Shown here piece after piece: positions 19,473 to 29,623 of a DNA stretch of 64,000 bases (position 1 is the first letter of the stretch; each line of letters begins with the position of its first letter). Under the pieces are notes generated by a model. It was not told the DNA's origin, made no database searches, and saw only the letters and a program-made list of their open reading frames with translations. The stretch is from Nitrospirota bacterium (GTDB lineage: Bacteria > Nitrospirota > UBA9217): assembly GCA_963845065.1 (NCBI GenBank), contig CAWJQQ010000001.1, positions 352,001 to 416,000 of the forward strand, written 5' to 3'. A program made the translations under genes and the position numbers.

Positions 19473-22400
19473 TGACAACCGACCGTCTTTTAAATCCTCT
19501 GTTCGCTCTTTCGCTTCTCCTTTTCTCCTGCCAGACACCTGGAGCAAAGGATACGTTGGCCAATCTGCGCGGCGAGCATATCGATATCAAGGAAGAGCGG
19601 ATAGAGGGCGGGCTCGACAAGGCCATGGAAGGTTACCAACGTTTCCTCGAAGAAACCCCTGGATCCTCTGCACTGAAGCCAGAGGCAATGCGCCGCCTTG
19701 CGGACCTGAAGATCGAAAAGGAATACGGCCTTCTTCCCGAGGGCGGTGCGGCAAGGCGGCAGAATCCCGGCTCCGTACCTTACTCCCCGGGAGCAGCAGG
19801 GCATCGTCATGCCCAGTCGTCAAACTCCATTGCTCCGGCTTCCGTACAAAATGAATCGCAGGCCGATTTCGAGAAAAGGGCGGGTGCACTAGAGGAAGAG
19901 GGCGAGCCCGTGTCAGAGAACCTTGAACGTCCCGGCGCCCGCGAGGCCATCGCGCTCTATCAAAGACTTCTTACCGAGTATCCCCATTACGAGCATAATG
20001 ACCAGGCGCTCTATCAGATGTCCCGGGCCTACGAGGAACTGGGCCAGCCCGATCTTGCCATGAAGGTCATGGACCGGATGGCGCGGGACTATCCCAAATG
20101 CCAATACATGGACGAGGTGCAGTTCCGGCGTGCCGAATATTTCTTTCCCCGGAAGCGCTACCTGGACGCCGAGGACGCGTACCAGAGCGTCGTCCATATG
20201 GGAGCTAAATCGTACTTTTACCAGCTTGCCCTGTACAAGCTCGGATGGACATTCTACAAGCAGGAGCTTTACGATGAAGCGCTTGACAGGTACATTGCGC
20301 TCCTCGATTACAAGGTCAAAACGGGCTATGACTTCGCACAGACCAAAGACAAGATGGAGAAAAAACGCATCGACGACACATTCAGGATCATAAGCCTTTG
20401 CTTTTCCAATTTAGGAGGACCCAAAACCGTCGCAGAATACTTTGCAAAACATGGTTCTAAAAGCTACGAGGACGGCATCTACAGTAATCTAGGGGAATTT
20501 TACTTCGAAAAGCGCCGTTATGCCGACGCAGCCGCAACCTACAACGCCTTCGTCAGCATGAATCCCTTCAACAGAAAAGCGCCTGATTTCCAGATGCGGG
20601 TGATAGATATCGATATCGCCGGAGGGTTCCCCAGCCTGGTCATCGACTCGAAAAAGGAGTTCTCCAGGGCGTACGGGCTCAAAGCCCCATACTGGAAGCA
20701 TTATAAACCGGACGCCCGTCCGGAGGTCCTTTCCTGGCTCAAGACGAACCTCACCGACCTGGCCAAGCATTACCACTCGCTTTACCAGAACAAAGAGGAG
20801 TTAAAGGACAAGGACGCAAACTATGAGGAGGCCATGCATTGGTACAGGGAATTCCTCGCCTCATTCCCGAAGGACCCGGATTCCCCGGCCATCAATTATC
20901 TTTTGGCGGACCTCCTTATGGAGAACCGCGCATTCGACCTCGCGGCAGTGGAATACGAAAAGACATCCTATGACTACCCACGCCATGAAAAATCCGCCCA
21001 GGCCGGCTACGCGGCAGTCTACGCTTACCGCCAGCAGCTGGCTAGCGCCGCCCCTGAGCAAAAGGACCAGGTAAAGCGTAAGGCCGTAGCGATCTCGCTC
21101 AAGTTTGCCGCAACCTATCCAGAGCACGAGAAGGCAGCTATCGTCCTCGGGGCCGCCGCGGATGACCTGTACGGAATGCGGGACTTCGAGCAAGCTGAAG
21201 CCTCTGCGCGCAAACTCATCCTTTCCTACCCCAAGGCTGATGCCGATATCGTTAGGGAGGCCTATGTCGTGGTTGGCCACTCAACCTACGAGCTTCACCG
21301 CTACGCTGAAGCCGAGGCCGCATACGTGAAGGTGCTTTCTCTCCTCCCTGCCGGAGATAAAAGCAGGGACGGCATAAGCGACAACCTCGCCGCGGCGATC
21401 TACAAGCAGGGCGAGCAGGCGAGCGCTGTCAAGGATTACCGGGCAGCGGCGGACAATTTCCTGCGGGTGGGGCGTATGGCGCCCGCCTCCAGGATCAGGG
21501 TCAACGCCGAGTACGACGCGGCGGCCGCCCTGATCTTGCTCAAGGACTGGAAAACGGCGGCATCGGTCCTCTCCGGGTTCCGCGAGAAATTCCCTGGGAG
21601 CGACCTCTTGCCCGAGGTGACGAAGAAGATCGCCTACGTCTACCGCGAGGACGGGAAGCTTAGTCTTGCGGCCGGCGAATATGAACGCATCGAGGGAGAG
21701 TCAAAGGATGATGAAATAAGGCGCGAGTCTCTTCTCACCGCAGCGGAACTATACGATAAGGCCGGCAACCGGGACCGCATGCTTTCGGCATACCGGCGCT
21801 ATGTGGACCATTTCCCGCATCCCGCTGAACCCAACATGGAAACGCACACCAAGATCGCCGATATTTTGAAGAAGAACGATTTCAACGGTTATCTCGCCGA
21901 GCTCAAAGAGATGGTGGCCATTGACGCTGGAGCCGGGGCAGAGCGTACGCCCCGTACCCGTTATCTAGCCGGCACGGCAGCATTGGTGCTGGCAGAGCAA
22001 ACCTTCGGCCAGTTCGCAGGGATAAAACTGGTAGAGCCGCTCAAGGCGAACCTTGAGAAAAAGAAAGAATTGATGAAGGTCGCAACACAAGAGTTCAGCA
22101 AGCTCTTGGATTACGAGGTCGGCCTTGTCACCTCGGCCGCGACCTTCTATCTGGCCGAGATCTACACAGATTTTAGCCGGGACCTGAAAGAGTCCGAACG
22201 CCCCAAGGACTTGAGCCCCGCGGAGCGGGAAGAATACGAACGCGCGATCGACGACCGGGCCTACCCATTCGAGGAGAAGGCCATCGCAACGCATAAGAGC
22301 AATCTCGACCTTATTTCTCGCGGGGTTTACAACGAGTGGATCGAAAAGAGCTTGCAGAAACTTGCCAAGTTCGTTCCCGCCCGCTACGACAAGACGGAAG

Positions 22401-22675
22401 AAGAGAGCGCCGTTATGACTTCGCCGGACACCTACCTCTTCGCCGTCAAACGTCGGGAGGAGCCTGCGCCCCTGGCATCCAAAGGGGCGGCGCAGTCCAA
22501 TGAATCGAAGCTGGCACCTCCGCCGTCAGGGACTCAGGAATCTACCAAGGCGGTTGAGCCGAAGCGGGAAGCGAAACAGGCAGAATCCAAAAAAACCGTA
22601 AAGGACGTTCATCCGGCGGAAAGCGCGCAGGACAACACTGTCAAGGAAATCCCGAATGATAAGTCTCCTGATTGA
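19472..22675 (+). CDS. Large TPR lipoprotein (GltD/AgmU-like)
   Basis: Lipobox LLFSC; many TPRs (ALYQMSRAY, ALYKLGWTFY); C-terminal EREEYERAIDDRAYPFEEKAI...YNEWIEKS segment reminiscent of the GltD C-terminus; TAATG coupling. Confidence 0.75.
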   Translation: MTTDRLLNPLFALSLLLFSCQTPGAKDTLANLRGEHIDIKEERIEGGLDKAMEGYQRFLEETPGSSALKPEAMRRLADLKIEKEYGLLPEGGAARRQNPGSVPYSPGAAGHRHAQSSNSIAPASVQNESQADFEKRAGALEEEGEPVSENLERPGAREAIALYQRLLTEYPHYEHNDQALYQMSRAYEELGQPDLAMKVMDRMARDYPKCQYMDEVQFRRAEYFFPRKRYLDAEDAYQSVVHMGAKSYFYQLALYKLGWTFYKQELYDEALDRYIALLDYKVKTGYDFAQTKDKMEKKRIDDTFRIISLCFSNLGGPKTVAEYFAKHGSKSYEDGIYSNLGEFYFEKRRYADAAATYNAFVSMNPFNRKAPDFQMRVIDIDIAGGFPSLVIDSKKEFSRAYGLKAPYWKHYKPDARPEVLSWLKTNLTDLAKHYHSLYQNKEELKDKDANYEEAMHWYREFLASFPKDPDSPAINYLLADLLMENRAFDLAAVEYEKTSYDYPRHEKSAQAGYAAVYAYRQQLASAAPEQKDQVKRKAVAISLKFAATYPEHEKAAIVLGAAADDLYGMRDFEQAEASARKLILSYPKADADIVREAYVVVGHSTYELHRYAEAEAAYVKVLSLLPAGDKSRDGISDNLAAAIYKQGEQASAVKDYRAAADNFLRVGRMAPASRIRVNAEYDAAAALILLKDWKTAASVLSGFREKFPGSDLLPEVTKKIAYVYREDGKLSLAAGEYERIEGESKDDEIRRESLLTAAELYDKAGNRDRMLSAYRRYVDHFPHPAEPNMETHTKIADILKKNDFNGYLAELKEMVAIDAGAGAERTPRTRYLAGTAALVLAEQTFGQFAGIKLVEPLKANLEKKKELMKVATQEFSKLLDYEVGLVTSAATFYLAEIYTDFSRDLKESERPKDLSPAEREEYERAIDDRAYPFEEKAIATHKSNLDLISRGVYNEWIEKSLQKLAKFVPARYDKTEEESAVMTSPDTYLFAVKRREEPAPLASKGAAQSNESKLAPPPSGTQESTKAVEPKREAKQAESKKTVKDVHPAESAQDNTVKEIPNDKSPD

Positions 22676-23396
22676 GATTCAGGTTGACGGTATGGAGAAC
22701 AGGACGATGAATATCAGAAATGGATTTCTTTTAAAGATGTTCAGATTACAAAGTATGTATGGAACATTGTCTCTGGCCGTGATGACCATGGTACTTGCCG
22801 GTTGCGCAGCCGGAGCAAAGGTTACGCCGAAGCCCGCCGAAGCCGCTACTTTCAAGGGGCCATCCGTGGAAAGGCTCTCTGACGGACAGCAAGGATTCGT
22901 CATCCATGAAGACCCAATCATGAACGCCGAATCCCGCGAAGAATTCGACCACGCCGTCTCGCTCTTGAACGCCGGGAAAAACGACAAGGCCATCGAACTC
23001 CTCGCCAGGATGATCGAGCGGTCGCCGGGAGTTACGACTCCGCATATCGACATTGCCATAGCCTACATGCGGACCGGGAAGACGGGGCTGGCCGAAGAGC
23101 ACTTGAAAACCGCGCTGGGCCTTTTCCCCGGCCACCCGGTTGCCAGCAATGAATACGGGCTGCTTCTCCGCAGGGCCGGGCGTTTCAAAGAGGCCATGGA
23201 AGTCTATCTGAAGGCGATCGCACGGTTTCCGGAATACCTGCCTGTCCATAAAAATCTCGGCATCCTCTGCGACCTGTATATGGATGACCCAGAATGCGCT
23301 CTTCATGAGTTTGAGACCTACGCAGCCGGCGCACCAGCGGACACGCAGGTCAAGACCTGGATCGCTGAACTTAAGATACGGCTCAAACGTAGGTGA
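22656..23396 (+). CDS. TPR lipoprotein (GltE/AglT-like)
   Basis: Lipobox VLAGC; TPRs ending HKNLGILCDLY; true start probably downstream of 22656. Confidence 0.75.
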   Translation: MISLLIEIQVDGMENRTMNIRNGFLLKMFRLQSMYGTLSLAVMTMVLAGCAAGAKVTPKPAEAATFKGPSVERLSDGQQGFVIHEDPIMNAESREEFDHAVSLLNAGKNDKAIELLARMIERSPGVTTPHIDIAIAYMRTGKTGLAEEHLKTALGLFPGHPVASNEYGLLLRRAGRFKEAMEVYLKAIARFPEYLPVHKNLGILCDLYMDDPECALHEFETYAAGAPADTQVKTWIAELKIRLKRR

Positions 23397-23410
23397 AAGG
23401 GAGGAGAAAC

Positions 23411-23740
23411 ATGTATCGGAACGCACTTCTTTGGTTTTTCTTGCTTCTTCTGTCGGCGGGCCTTGCCGTCGCCGGAGACAACGTACCGGCGGCCAGGGAT
23501 GCGTCAAAGTTGGCGCAGGAGAATAAGGAAGCGAAGACGGAAGGGGCCAAGGAGCTTTCCGGAATGTCCATTATTGGAAACGACGAGGCCCCTAAAGCCC
23601 TCTACATAGTGCCCTGGAAAAGCTCCGAGATGGGCGAGGGAACCGGTTTGGATATGGTGCTCGATGCTTCCGACAAACCCGTGGACCGCGACGTGTTCAA
23701 GCGTCAACTGGAGTTCTACGAACAATGCACCAAGAAATGA
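23411..23740 (+). CDS. Small exported protein (GltF/CglF-like)
   Basis: AGGAG RBS; signal peptide; MSIIGNDEAPKALYIVPWK motif; position between GltE-like gene and motor genes. Confidence 0.6.
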   Translation: MYRNALLWFFLLLLSAGLAVAGDNVPAARDASKLAQENKEAKTEGAKELSGMSIIGNDEAPKALYIVPWKSSEMGEGTGLDMVLDASDKPVDRDVFKRQLEFYEQCTKK

Positions 23741-23776
23741 CATCGCTATTAGAACAGCGAAAAAGGAGGAAACACA

Positions 23777-24475
23777 ATGTTTATCGTAAGGTTTTTTCAG
23801 AAGGGCGGTTTGTTCATGTTCCCCATTTTATTCGTGCTGTTGGTCGGCCTGGTCATCGCGATCGAGCGCTGGATCCACCTGAAACGCGTCCGGGACGAGA
23901 ACAAAAAAACGTGGGGCAGGATCTATCCCGCGCTGGAATCGGGTGAGTTCGACAAGGCCCGGGAAATCGCCAACAAGGACAAGTCATCCATGGCGCAGAT
24001 GCTGGGTATGGGTCTGGCCAGGCAGGGCGCGGTCAAACGCCGCGAGGACATAGAGATCGCCATGGAGGAGAGCATGATGGAGATAGTCCCCCAACTGGAG
24101 AAGCGCACGCCGTATCTCGCGCTCTTGTCCAACATCGCGACCCTGTTCGGGCTCCTGGGCACGATCATGGGCCTCATCATGGCCTTCGCCGCAGTGGCTA
24201 CCGCAAGCCCGGCAGAAAAGGCGGCACTGCTTGCCGCCAGTATTTCCGAGGCAATGAACTGCACCGCCTTCGGCCTGATGTCCGCGATCCCCCTCCTCCT
24301 GCTCCATGCGCGGCTCACGACGAGCACGGGTCAGATCGTTAACAGCCTTGAGATGGCATCGGTTAAGTCCTTGAACGCTATTTCCAGATTCACCAAGCGC
24401 CAGTTCGAAAGGGCCCCGTCATTACCGGGTGCCAATGTGACAGGAGCCGACCATGCTCAGACGATATCGGAATAA
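23777..24475 (+). CDS. MotA/TolQ/ExbB proton-channel subunit (AglR-like)
   Basis: Three TM helices; ATLFGLLGTIMGLI...ISEAMNCTAFGL family signature; AGGAGG RBS. Confidence 0.92.
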   Translation: MFIVRFFQKGGLFMFPILFVLLVGLVIAIERWIHLKRVRDENKKTWGRIYPALESGEFDKAREIANKDKSSMAQMLGMGLARQGAVKRREDIEIAMEESMMEIVPQLEKRTPYLALLSNIATLFGLLGTIMGLIMAFAAVATASPAEKAALLAASISEAMNCTAFGLMSAIPLLLLHARLTTSTGQIVNSLEMASVKSLNAISRFTKRQFERAPSLPGANVTGADHAQTISE

Positions 24476-24968
24476 GAGGAACGCGGAAAAATCATCGGAT
24501 TTCGATACTGACATCATGCACTTGATCAACCTGACGCCGATGATGGACATCCTTACCGTCCTGGTGGTCTTTCTGCTCATCTCCGCCGTTTTTGTGAGCA
24601 TAACGATCGAGGAACTCGCCGTACCGACTGCCGCCGGCGCGGAGGCTCACAGCATGACGAATTTCGCCATCGAGGTGATCGTCCGCAGGGCGGGACTTGA
24701 GATCTCCAACGGTTCGGTGGTTTCGGACAGGATACCCAAAAAGGATGATAAGTATGATATCGGGGAGCTTTCCAAGACGCTCCTCCGTCTCAAAGCCCAG
24801 TACCCGGGAAAACTGGATGCTTCGGTCCTGATGGAACCGGACATCAACTACGACCACCTTATCGAGATCATGGACGCAGTACGGAGCACCGAAGTGCGGG
24901 CGGATGGGAGCGAAGAGGTCAAGAAAGTAGATCTCTTTCCAAAGATATCCATAGGAGATGCACCATGA
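24453..24968 (+). CDS. ExbD/TolR-family subunit (AglQ/AglS-like)
   Basis: INLTPMMDILTVLVVFLL with conserved TM Asp; YDHLIEIMDAVR. Confidence 0.9.
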   Translation: MLRRYRNKRNAEKSSDFDTDIMHLINLTPMMDILTVLVVFLLISAVFVSITIEELAVPTAAGAEAHSMTNFAIEVIVRRAGLEISNGSVVSDRIPKKDDKYDIGELSKTLLRLKAQYPGKLDASVLMEPDINYDHLIEIMDAVRSTEVRADGSEEVKKVDLFPKISIGDAP

Positions 24969-25462
24969 GATATAGCAGACGAATGAAACGGATGGAGCGT
25001 AACAACAGGAAAGGTGCCATTAGAGGTCTAGGTATAAACCTGATACCGATGATGGATGTTCTTACCGTCCTGGTGTTCTTTCTGCTTTTTCACTCGTTCA
25101 ACAGTACTCTGCCGGATGCGCAGATCGTGCTGCCCGCTTCCGTTGTCGAGACCAGGCCAAGGGAAACAGTGGCGATCGTGGTCAGCCCCGAAGTAGTAAT
25201 GGTCCAGGGCGAAGCCGTGGTCAGTACCCCCAAGCTCCTTGATGACGGAATCGTGATGGTCCAGGAACTTAGGGACCGGCTGAAACAGCTTGGGAATGGC
25301 ATCATCGGTGCCGGTGCCGAGGCTGCCACCAAATCCATGGAGGTCACGCTTCTTGCCGATAAGACGATACCGTTCAAGGTGCTTAAGAAAATAATGTCAA
25401 CCTGTACGGCTTGCGGATACGGAAGGATCTCCCTTGCCGTAGCAGAAAAGGCGGAAAAATGA
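24965..25462 (+). CDS. ExbD/TolR-family subunit (AglS/AglQ-like)
   Basis: INLIPMMDVLTVLVFFLL; LADKTIPFKVLKKIMSTC...GYGRISLAV; ATGA overlap. Confidence 0.9.
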   Translation: MRYSRRMKRMERNNRKGAIRGLGINLIPMMDVLTVLVFFLLFHSFNSTLPDAQIVLPASVVETRPRETVAIVVSPEVVMVQGEAVVSTPKLLDDGIVMVQELRDRLKQLGNGIIGAGAEAATKSMEVTLLADKTIPFKVLKKIMSTCTACGYGRISLAVAEKAEK

Positions 25463-26847
25463 CGACATCCATTTTAGAAGAGGAACTATCCCAGCTGGAT
25501 GTCCAAATCGAGAGTGCCCTTCAACGGCGCACCGCCCTGGAAGAGGAACTTCGGGTCGTGGACGCCGAGCTAGAAACATTCGCCATCGACAGGCAGCGGT
25601 TCGACGCGCTTAAGAACGTATTGAATGCTCTGGACAAGCTTGGTGAACGGAAGGCGGGCGAGCTCTTTTGGGCAGGACTCGCCGAACAGCAAAATGCCGA
25701 AGTACACATAAAGCGCGTGAGGAATCGTGTCGCTCTCTTCGAGGGCGATATAAGCGGGATCCTTGAAAAGAAGGCGATCCTCCAGGGCGAGATAAACCGG
25801 TGTCTTGATGATTTGGCCTACCTCCAGGAGGAAGTACGCGACGCATACGACCGCGACGAACGGCGTGAGGAGGAGTATTTCGTAGACCGCGAGATATCTC
25901 CCATTCCCAATCACTCGATGGCAATGCCGGGGGACGATAATTCCGAGAGCGAACGACGGTTCCGCAGGTCATTGCTTGTCGCGTTGTTATTCTATATCCT
26001 TTTCGGAGCCGCCATACGCCTATGGGTGCTGCCGACGCCGGAACGCCCCACCGTTGCCGAGGTCCCCGAACGACTGGTCTCCATGCTCCGGAGGGAGCCG
26101 CCCAAACCCGAGCCAGAGCCCGAGCGCCGCAAAGAGGAAAGGAAGCCCGAAAAAAACCAGCAAAAGGAGCCGGAGAAACAGCATGAAGAACAACCTAAGG
26201 TAGTCGCCTCGGAAACAGAGACCGCACGTAGTAAAGCGGAGAGCACGGGGGTCCTGGCCTTCAAGGAATCCTTCAAGGGCATATTGGACGAAGCTCCCGT
26301 CGCACATATCGGAACCGAGGCGCGTATTAACAACCAGGCGGTCGTGGCCGCAGGCCAGGCCCGTCCAAGCCGGTCTCTCGTTGCCATACAGTCGGCGGGT
26401 GGTTATAGCGGCGGCATCAGCAACTCCAGGATCAGCCGCAAGATAGGCAGCGGAAACTACAGCCGCATCGGCGGCGTCGGGTTCACCAGGGTGGAAAACA
26501 CGGTTGTCGGGCAGGCGGGAACTGCGAGACCGCTTTCTTCCGGGCCCGGGCCGGGCCGTACCGATGAAGAGATCCAGATCGTTTTCGACAGATACAAGGC
26601 GGCGCTCTACCGGCTCTACAACGCGAAACTCAGGATGGACCCGACGCTTCGGGGCAAGATGATCTTGAGGATCACCATCGAGCCGGGCGGTGAGGTTTCC
26701 TCTTGCACTGTGCAGTCGAACGACCTGGCTTCGCCGGAGTTGGTGGCCCAGGTTGTGGAGCGTGTCAAGAAGTTCAATTTCGGGCCGAAGGAGAAGGTCT
26801 CCAAGATCACCATTCTGTACCCGATTGATTTCCTGCCCGCAGTCTAG
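25459..26847 (+). CDS. TonB/TolA-like transducer with AgmX/PglI-type C-terminal domain (GltG-like) and N-terminal coiled coil
   Basis: Single TM (LLVALLFYILFGAAI); EPPKPEPEPE linker; Gly-rich segment; C-terminal LYNAKLRMDPTLRGKMILRITIEPGGEV...TILYPIDF. Confidence 0.85.
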   Translation: MTTSILEEELSQLDVQIESALQRRTALEEELRVVDAELETFAIDRQRFDALKNVLNALDKLGERKAGELFWAGLAEQQNAEVHIKRVRNRVALFEGDISGILEKKAILQGEINRCLDDLAYLQEEVRDAYDRDERREEEYFVDREISPIPNHSMAMPGDDNSESERRFRRSLLVALLFYILFGAAIRLWVLPTPERPTVAEVPERLVSMLRREPPKPEPEPERRKEERKPEKNQQKEPEKQHEEQPKVVASETETARSKAESTGVLAFKESFKGILDEAPVAHIGTEARINNQAVVAAGQARPSRSLVAIQSAGGYSGGISNSRISRKIGSGNYSRIGGVGFTRVENTVVGQAGTARPLSSGPGPGRTDEEIQIVFDRYKAALYRLYNAKLRMDPTLRGKMILRITIEPGGEVSSCTVQSNDLASPELVAQVVERVKKFNFGPKEKVSKITILYPIDFLPAV

Positions 26848-27317
26848 CGCCTGAGGCTGGAGACTGAAGCCGGGTTCCAGGAAAGAGAAATAGACCTTTC
26901 CGCTATATAGGATCGACAGGACCTTTGGTTTTGAAATTGAAGCCGTGGTAGTAGAACGTGGCGGCATCGGCATAGTTTAATGCCGTCTGATGGGAGACCT
27001 TGATGTTGAAGACGGACTTGATCTAAGCCTCCTTCGCTATTCCGGTAAAGAAAGCCAGAATCCACCCCAGTTTAGACCGCTGCGTCTTAAACTCGACTCT
27101 TTATTGTCTTGACCGAGGGGGTCCACTTAACGCACGAACGTACATAGGAATAATCGAAAACTTGAATATATTACGCCGAAATCATCTTCTGCAGGTGGGG
27201 TAAAAACTGAGGACACAGGATAAGGGGGGATATGGAATAGGACGTAGTGAGGGACGACATTATTAAAAGCTGTAATAAGATGCATTGCATGCATCGAAAG
27301 CCATGGGAGGATTTGCT

Positions 27318-27914
27318 ATGAACGTGATGAACAGGAAGAAGGCGTGGTATTTAATGGTTGTATTATGTATTGGGATGCTAGCTCTATGGGGGTGTCCAAA
27401 AAAGGCCGAGATTTCGTCTGTACCTGAAACACAACGGAAAGAGACGCCGGCTGCAGAAGCGACGGCTCGACCCGAGCAGAATGTGGAAGCAACGAAGTCT
27501 GAAGACGAAGGAACGAGGGAGCGGGCAGCCGCCGCTCGTGCCGGTCTTCAGCCTGTGTATTTCGATTTTGATAAGGCTTTTATCGATGCTGGAGCTGGCG
27601 ATACCATGAAGGCGAATGCGGAATGGCTCAAGGCTCACCCGCAAATAAAGGTCAGGATCGAGGGTAATTGCGATGAACGAGGGACTATTGAGTATAATCA
27701 GACTCTCGGCCAGCGTCGCGCGGCAAACGCGAAAAAATATCTTACCGATATGGGCATTCCCGAACAGCGTATTGCGATTATCAGCTACGGAAAGGAAAAG
27801 TTGAGTTGTACCGATAGTACTGAAAGCTGCTGGCAGAAGAACAGGAAAGATGACTTTACCGTTGTGTCCGAACAAATGTCTGGAATTTTCAAGTTACACT
27901 CGTCATCTGAGTGA
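27318..27914 (+). CDS. pal: Peptidoglycan-associated lipoprotein
   Basis: Lipobox LWGC; VYFDFD, IEGNCDERGTIEYNQTLGQRRA, ISYGKEK motifs. Confidence 0.9.
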   Translation: MNVMNRKKAWYLMVVLCIGMLALWGCPKKAEISSVPETQRKETPAAEATARPEQNVEATKSEDEGTRERAAAARAGLQPVYFDFDKAFIDAGAGDTMKANAEWLKAHPQIKVRIEGNCDERGTIEYNQTLGQRRAANAKKYLTDMGIPEQRIAIISYGKEKLSCTDSTESCWQKNRKDDFTVVSEQMSGIFKLHSSSE

Positions 27915-27970
27915 GAAAAATTCAGCAGGGCAGAGAAACCGTCTCATATTTGTTTATCTTACGCGCCGTA

Positions 27971-28006
27971 AGACCACCCCGGCCGTGAGGCCGGGGTGGA
28001 TGTCAA
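27971..28006 (+). mobile_element. Solo IS200/IS605-type right end
   Basis: Hairpin CCACCCCGGCC-GTGA-GGCCGGGGTGG followed by ATGTCAA, as in IS608-type right ends. Confidence 0.5.
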
Positions 28007-28166
28007 TTAAGACGGCTCATCCGAAGACTAAAAGGATAATTTTTACAATATTAAACTATCGAGTGGTCCACCTAAAAATCAGTTGGAGCCGAATGGCCAT
28101 CATGTCCATACTATATAGGTATACGGGCCCGAAGAGCATATTCACTTTATAGTGTATTGTACATCG

Positions 28167-28685
28167 CTATTTCTCTTTCACGTAATCGGTCATCGGTTTA
28201 ATATTGCCACAATCCGAGCCCAGCCACTTGCCGCTGCCTTCCTGGTGCGAATCGATCTTATGGCCGCGCGCGGTTCCTTTCATTTCACTGACCCAACTAT
28301 AATTTTCGAGTCCAGAATGCACGCCTTTAGTCACGATAGTACCTTGCATATTTGGGCCATCACAAACCATTTTTACGGTATAGGTATTGCCACTATGTTC
28401 AAAACTATCCATATGACAATCTTTTTGACTTTTCCCCACTGGAGGACGGTCGCGTTCAGTCATTTCTTTTGTCATGCAAACCTTGGTTTCCATACCACCG
28501 CCTGGATTAATGCCCCGTTGACGCAAAATTTCCATTTGTTGCGGCGACATTTGCTGCATCTGCATCATCGCATCAGACTTAATCGTAATGAGCCACAACC
28601 CCGGCTTCATTCGCTCTGCGGCCAACACACCTGCTGCAAGAGACAACATCAAAAAAAATACAATCGGAAAAGTAATTCTGCGCAT
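28167..28685 (-). CDS. DUF3617-family exported protein
   Basis: Signal peptide; MKPGLW; four Cys; terminal GKWLGSDCG motif. Confidence 0.8.
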   Translation of the reverse strand: MRRITFPIVFFLMLSLAAGVLAAERMKPGLWLITIKSDAMMQMQQMSPQQMEILRQRGINPGGGMETKVCMTKEMTERDRPPVGKSQKDCHMDSFEHSGNTYTVKMVCDGPNMQGTIVTKGVHSGLENYSWVSEMKGTARGHKIDSHQEGSGKWLGSDCGNIKPMTDYVKEK

Positions 28686-29416
28686 GGTCACCCCCGTTAA
28701 ATTGTCAAACGCACATAATTGTGTACACAGAGATCTCAAAGTATCAATCTGAATTATGAATCCATCCCTATGAAGTAATATTATACAACAATATAAGTCT
28801 CTGTGGAAGAGGAGAGTATAAAAGACCGGTTGAGGGGCCCGTTAAGATTTACATGCTCGCTAGTTCACATTCCCCGAGAAGACCGCAATTACTTTACAGC
28901 TACATTTTTGCGAAGATTTACATTCTAATTGCAACCGTCACGTTGGGTTGGTGCACCCGAAGTGATCAGCTTTAGGAATGTAGGCGGTATTGCAGAATCG
29001 CTGAGGGTTGATAGTGCGACTAGATCTGAAGAATCCCCTTATTGCTATCGAAGGATTTGCGAGGAGAATTAAGGAGGGCAGGGGGAATACCGATACCGCC
29101 TTTGGAAAAGGATCCAGACGAGAATGTTTAAAGTTTGAACCTGTATTCGGTATGTCTACCCTTAAAATGTCCCATTTAATTTCTTGACAAAAAGTTAAAT
29201 AAAAAATATTATTTTATCCGAATGATGTTTCTTGTATAACAAAATATTGCAGTATCTCATTGTAGCAATCCCGTCTCTACTTCACTTCAGGAATCGTTAT
29301 CGCGGATAGGTAGCGCGCTGAACGTTTTTCTCGATACTATAAAACACTTCCTCTCTCTTAGATAGTAACTTGGCATTCATTCTTTATAGCCCTTTTTTTA
29401 GAATTTATACCCATGA

Positions 29417-29623
29417 GTGTTTGATGAAAAGCGCTCTTCAAGGAGGCACATCCTGAAGAGATTGTTGAGAGCATTAGTGGTAATTCTATTGTCTGCGGCA
29501 ATGATGGCCGCTTGTGGCGGCGGAGTGGGCGTCTGGACAAATTCAAACCCCGCATATACCGTAACCTCTAACAGTAACGGCAACACCAGTGACAACACGG
29601 CAAGGCGGGTGGGATCAGGCTAA
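29417..29623 (+). pseudogene. Truncated lipoprotein paralogous to the N-terminus of the 29798 gene
   Basis: LKRLL...MAACGGG...AYTVTSNSNGNT parallels MKRLL...LVACSGGG...TYTVTYNGNGST. Confidence 0.5.

Noticed and set aside
23777..27914. Canonical tolQRAB-pal operon
   Set aside because: Two ExbD-like genes, no tolB, and a TPR/adhesin context.
29023..29076. HisKA-like stretch DLKNPLIAIEGFARRIKE
   Set aside because: Only 18 codons with no His and no ORF; at most a tiny relic.
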